A stretch of 64,000 nt of DNA, from contig NC_045697.1 in the NCBI RefSeq assembly GCF_009834535.1, positions 1,676,001 through 1,740,000 of the forward strand, read 5' to 3'. The position numbers and the translations under genes were made by a program. Of the stretch, positions 60,946 to 64,000 are shown in pieces. Position 1 is the first letter of the stretch, and each line of letters starts with the position of its first letter. The notes under the pieces were generated by a model. That model had not been told where the DNA came from. It was given only the letters and a program-made list of their open reading frames with translations, and searched no databases. This stretch comes from Camelus ferus. Its lineage: Eukaryota.

Positions 60946-63434
60946 GAACTTTTTTTAGTGGTAATCAATCCATCTCCAAGGAACTGGGGATTTAGCAGTA
61001 AACAAGACATACAAAGCTTTTTCGTTTGGTTATTATCATTCGTCTATCGTTTTTCAATAATATAACTGACAGTAGAGTGCACGGGTCTCAAGTGTACGGC
61101 TTGATGAGGTCTGACATGCAGGCAGCACCCGTGTAGGCGCTCAGGTCGCCTCAGACTTGCGTTCTAGTCGAAGGGGATAAGCAGTGAGCAACAGACAGAA
61201 GCGAGGGGCAGGAAGCAGTCGGCTGGTTAAGTTGTGCCGGTGATTAGAACAGGCCTCTCTGAGTAAAGGAGTGATGGGAAGGAGCCGGGACTGGGGGAGA
61301 TGCATTCTGGGCTGAGGGAGCTGCTAATGTGAAATTCCTAGGCTAGGCATGAGCTTGAAAGAGTCGGAGGCAGCTGGGTGGTCTGAGCATAGGAAGCAAA
61401 AGGCCGGAAGGTGCAGCGAGGCTCGAGGGGCGAGGGAGCAGGTCCTGGGAGGCAGTGCGAGCTCAGCTGAGGAGCTTGTCTTACATCCAGAGTACAGTTG
61501 TCATTGGAGGGTTGCAGACGGGAGTGGCACGATTCAGTCTTTGAGTAGCTCATTCTGGTTTGGTACAGAGGGAATATCACGTGGGGCAAGAGAGAACGCC
61601 GTCTCCCAGATGCGGTGATGGAAGCTTGGGCCAGAGTGGTGGTGGTGGAGGTGGGGAGAGGTAGACCCATCTGAGTTTTACTGTGAGGGTAGGGTGAGTA
61701 GGATTTGCTGATGGATGGGGAGGAAGAGGTGGGAGGAAATGAAGAATCAGAGCAACATGTGGACTTGGCTCAAGTAGTTTTCCTGGTAAAAAGCAACAAG
61801 CAATAAGTAAAAGTCACCTGGGATAGAGTGAAGTAGCAACTTACAGCGGCTAGTGTGCACCAACGCCGTGCTCGGCACTGGGGTGTGGAGCCCCCGCCCG
61901 CAGTCGCTTAGAGCCCAGCAGCATCAGAGCGTTCCTGACGCAGGAGCATCCAGAGAAGGCCACCAGTGAGAAGGCTGCAGGACCCGGTGCCTTGCTGGGT
62001 AGGGCGTGCCTGGGCTGGCTTCTTGGTTCCGGGCACGTGGTGGTTCATCCACAGTGAGGGGTGGGCAGGCGCCCTGTGGACGCAGGTGCTGTAGTTGGCG
62101 GACGTGAGAGGGAACCTGTGAGAGTTCTTCAGAGTGGCTCTGCTCTCGGGGATAGCACCTGGAGTCACTGCTGAGGACGGGCGCCGGGAGCAGCGTCGGA
62201 GGCTTGAGGAGAGAGAAGGCATGAAGGGGAGGTGAGGGAATGGGCCAGAGAAGTCGAGAGCGGTCCTGGGTTCGTGTGAAGGGTACACTCAGGGCAGTGT
62301 CCCTGAACTTAACGTGAGGCAGCGCAGGAGTCTCTGCCTTTTCCCTCCAGCCACTTCCAGAGGCATGAGTAGAAAGGGCGAGGAGTTAGCTTTACCCAGG
62401 ACTGGGATTTTGCCGGATGAAATGGTAGAGCTGAAGTTGTGAGCCAGGGAGCGGTTACAGTGTTAAACCAAGGGCCTAAGCTGAGTGAGGGGTCAGGACA
62501 CAGGGAAGGTGAGGGATGATGATAGGGTCTTAGGGTCACGATGGGCTGAAGAAGGGTGCACTGGACACTAGGAAGAGGTGTCTGCAGAGCACAACCTTGG
62601 CTCTGAGATTGAAGAGGGACACAGTTACTGGGAATGAGCAGGTCCCTGGGGCACGACCATGGAAACAGGAGGCCGAGGTGAGTTGGAAGACGGTCATTGG
62701 AGGCGAGGCGATCAGGAAGCTGAGAGGTGAGGGAATGGATGTTGGCCCACCCGGGATTAGGACCAGGCAAGTGCATGAGGTCATTGGCCAGTGACTGCTG
62801 GTTGGGGCCAGAGTCTGGGACCCAGGTGGACAGCCCCGGGCCTCACTGGCATTGCTGAGCTCAGCTCTGGACTGCGTGTGTGGGTCATCGGGGTTGCCGT
62901 TGGTACAGAGGCCCCTTGTAGTGTTGTTTTTCTCCTTCTTGTGTTTCCCTCACGAAGTTTTAAGTTCATTAATGGCAAGGCCATTTTTTTCCATCTATAT
63001 GTTCTCAGTGCGTAGAACAGTGTCATTTAATTTTTCTTAGCCTTTCGTGCTGTATGTGCACAGCATTCCATTGTAAGGTGAGTCAGTATATTTAATCAGT
63101 CCTCTGCTGTTTAAAGTGTAGACTGTTACCTGTTTTCCCTTTTACTAGTGATGCTGGAATGAGCATCTAATGAATAAGTCTTTGGGCACATCTCTGATTA
63201 GTTCTTTAGAAAAGATTCCTGGGAATAGAAGGCCTGTTCAAATTCTTAAGTGTCTATATTGTTAAATTACTTTACAGAAAGGATGTGCCAGTTATGCGCC
63301 AAGTAGCGATGTATGAGAGTATTCACTTGCCACTGGATGAAAACAGACTAAACAGTGGTCTCTGTGATAGTTACCCCTGCCTTCCCGAGGAACAAAGAAG
63401 CAGCGTCTCATTGTTTTAATTTGCTTTTTGTTAG

Positions 63435-63597
63435 GCTTTCTGTGAAGAGCTGGAGTCAATGATACAGGAACAATTTAAGAAGGGGAAGAATCCCACAGGC
63501 CTGTTGGCATTACAGCAGATTGCAGACTTCATGACCGCGAATGTCCCAAACGTCTACCCGGCAGCTCCACAGGGAGGGATGGCTGCCTTAAACATGA
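63435..63597 (+). CDS. ADD1: ADD1 exon 3 ([54 protein letters not shown]); gene continues beyond window
   Basis: ttag acceptor, gtgagt donor; 163 nt, in frame with exon 2; not in the ORF track. Confidence 0.96.
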
Positions 63598-64000
63598 GTG
63601 AGTAGCTCCTGGCTCTGTGCGCTGACTGACTGACATCAGGTGTTGCTTCCTATCTCTCTGGCTTACCTGTTCCATGGATTTCTAGAACATCTTGGCTGAC
63701 GCTCACCAGTGTACTGTCTAGGGGACACTGAGACTCACATTTAACTTACGAGCTCAGACTTCCGTCTTGGAGTGGAATGGTAGTCAGTAGGTTTTCGTCT
63801 TTTTCACATGGATTCTAGTAATACATGAATTAGACAATAAAGAACAATGTAGTGTATTTACTTGCATGTTGTCTTCCAATCAGAGATAAAGAGAATTTCA
63901 TTTCAATAGTGCCACACCAAAAAAGGAAAAGAAGGAAGAAAGAAATCTGACTGGTTTTAATTGTGTCCAGTAGTTTGTTTCTTAAATATAAAATTTTTAA

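Overview
Mammalian genomic DNA, not microbial, orthologous to the human 4p16.3 SH3BP2-ADD1 interval. The tRNA-derived SINEs look like the camelid Vic-1 family, so the source is probably a camel, llama or alpaca (inference). Bases ~3.2-15.3 kb carry the complete coding sequence of SH3BP2 on the + strand in 13 exons (PH domain, proline-rich region, tankyrase-binding/cherubism motif, SH2 domain). I spliced the exons by hand into an uninterrupted ORF: 567 aa from the exon-2 ATG, or 623 aa from an upstream CpG-island exon. An L1/ERVL-rich spacer follows, then the ADD1 (alpha-adducin) CpG-island promoter, a non-coding exon 1, a ~34.6 kb intron 1, and coding exons 2 and 3; ADD1 continues past the window. 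The most notable details are an obligatory GC-AG intron in SH3BP2, a ~300 bp direct repeat flanking SH3BP2 exon 2, two 15-nt in-frame coding duplications, a full-length HSPE1 processed pseudogene with target-site duplications, and small CpG-dense islets in AT-rich ADD1 introns. I found no convincing evidence of an undescribed biological system. Almost all ORFs in the supplied track are artefacts of GC-rich or repeat sequence. Repeat family names and comparisons with human come from recall of consensus sequences, not from searches, and repeat boundaries are approximate.
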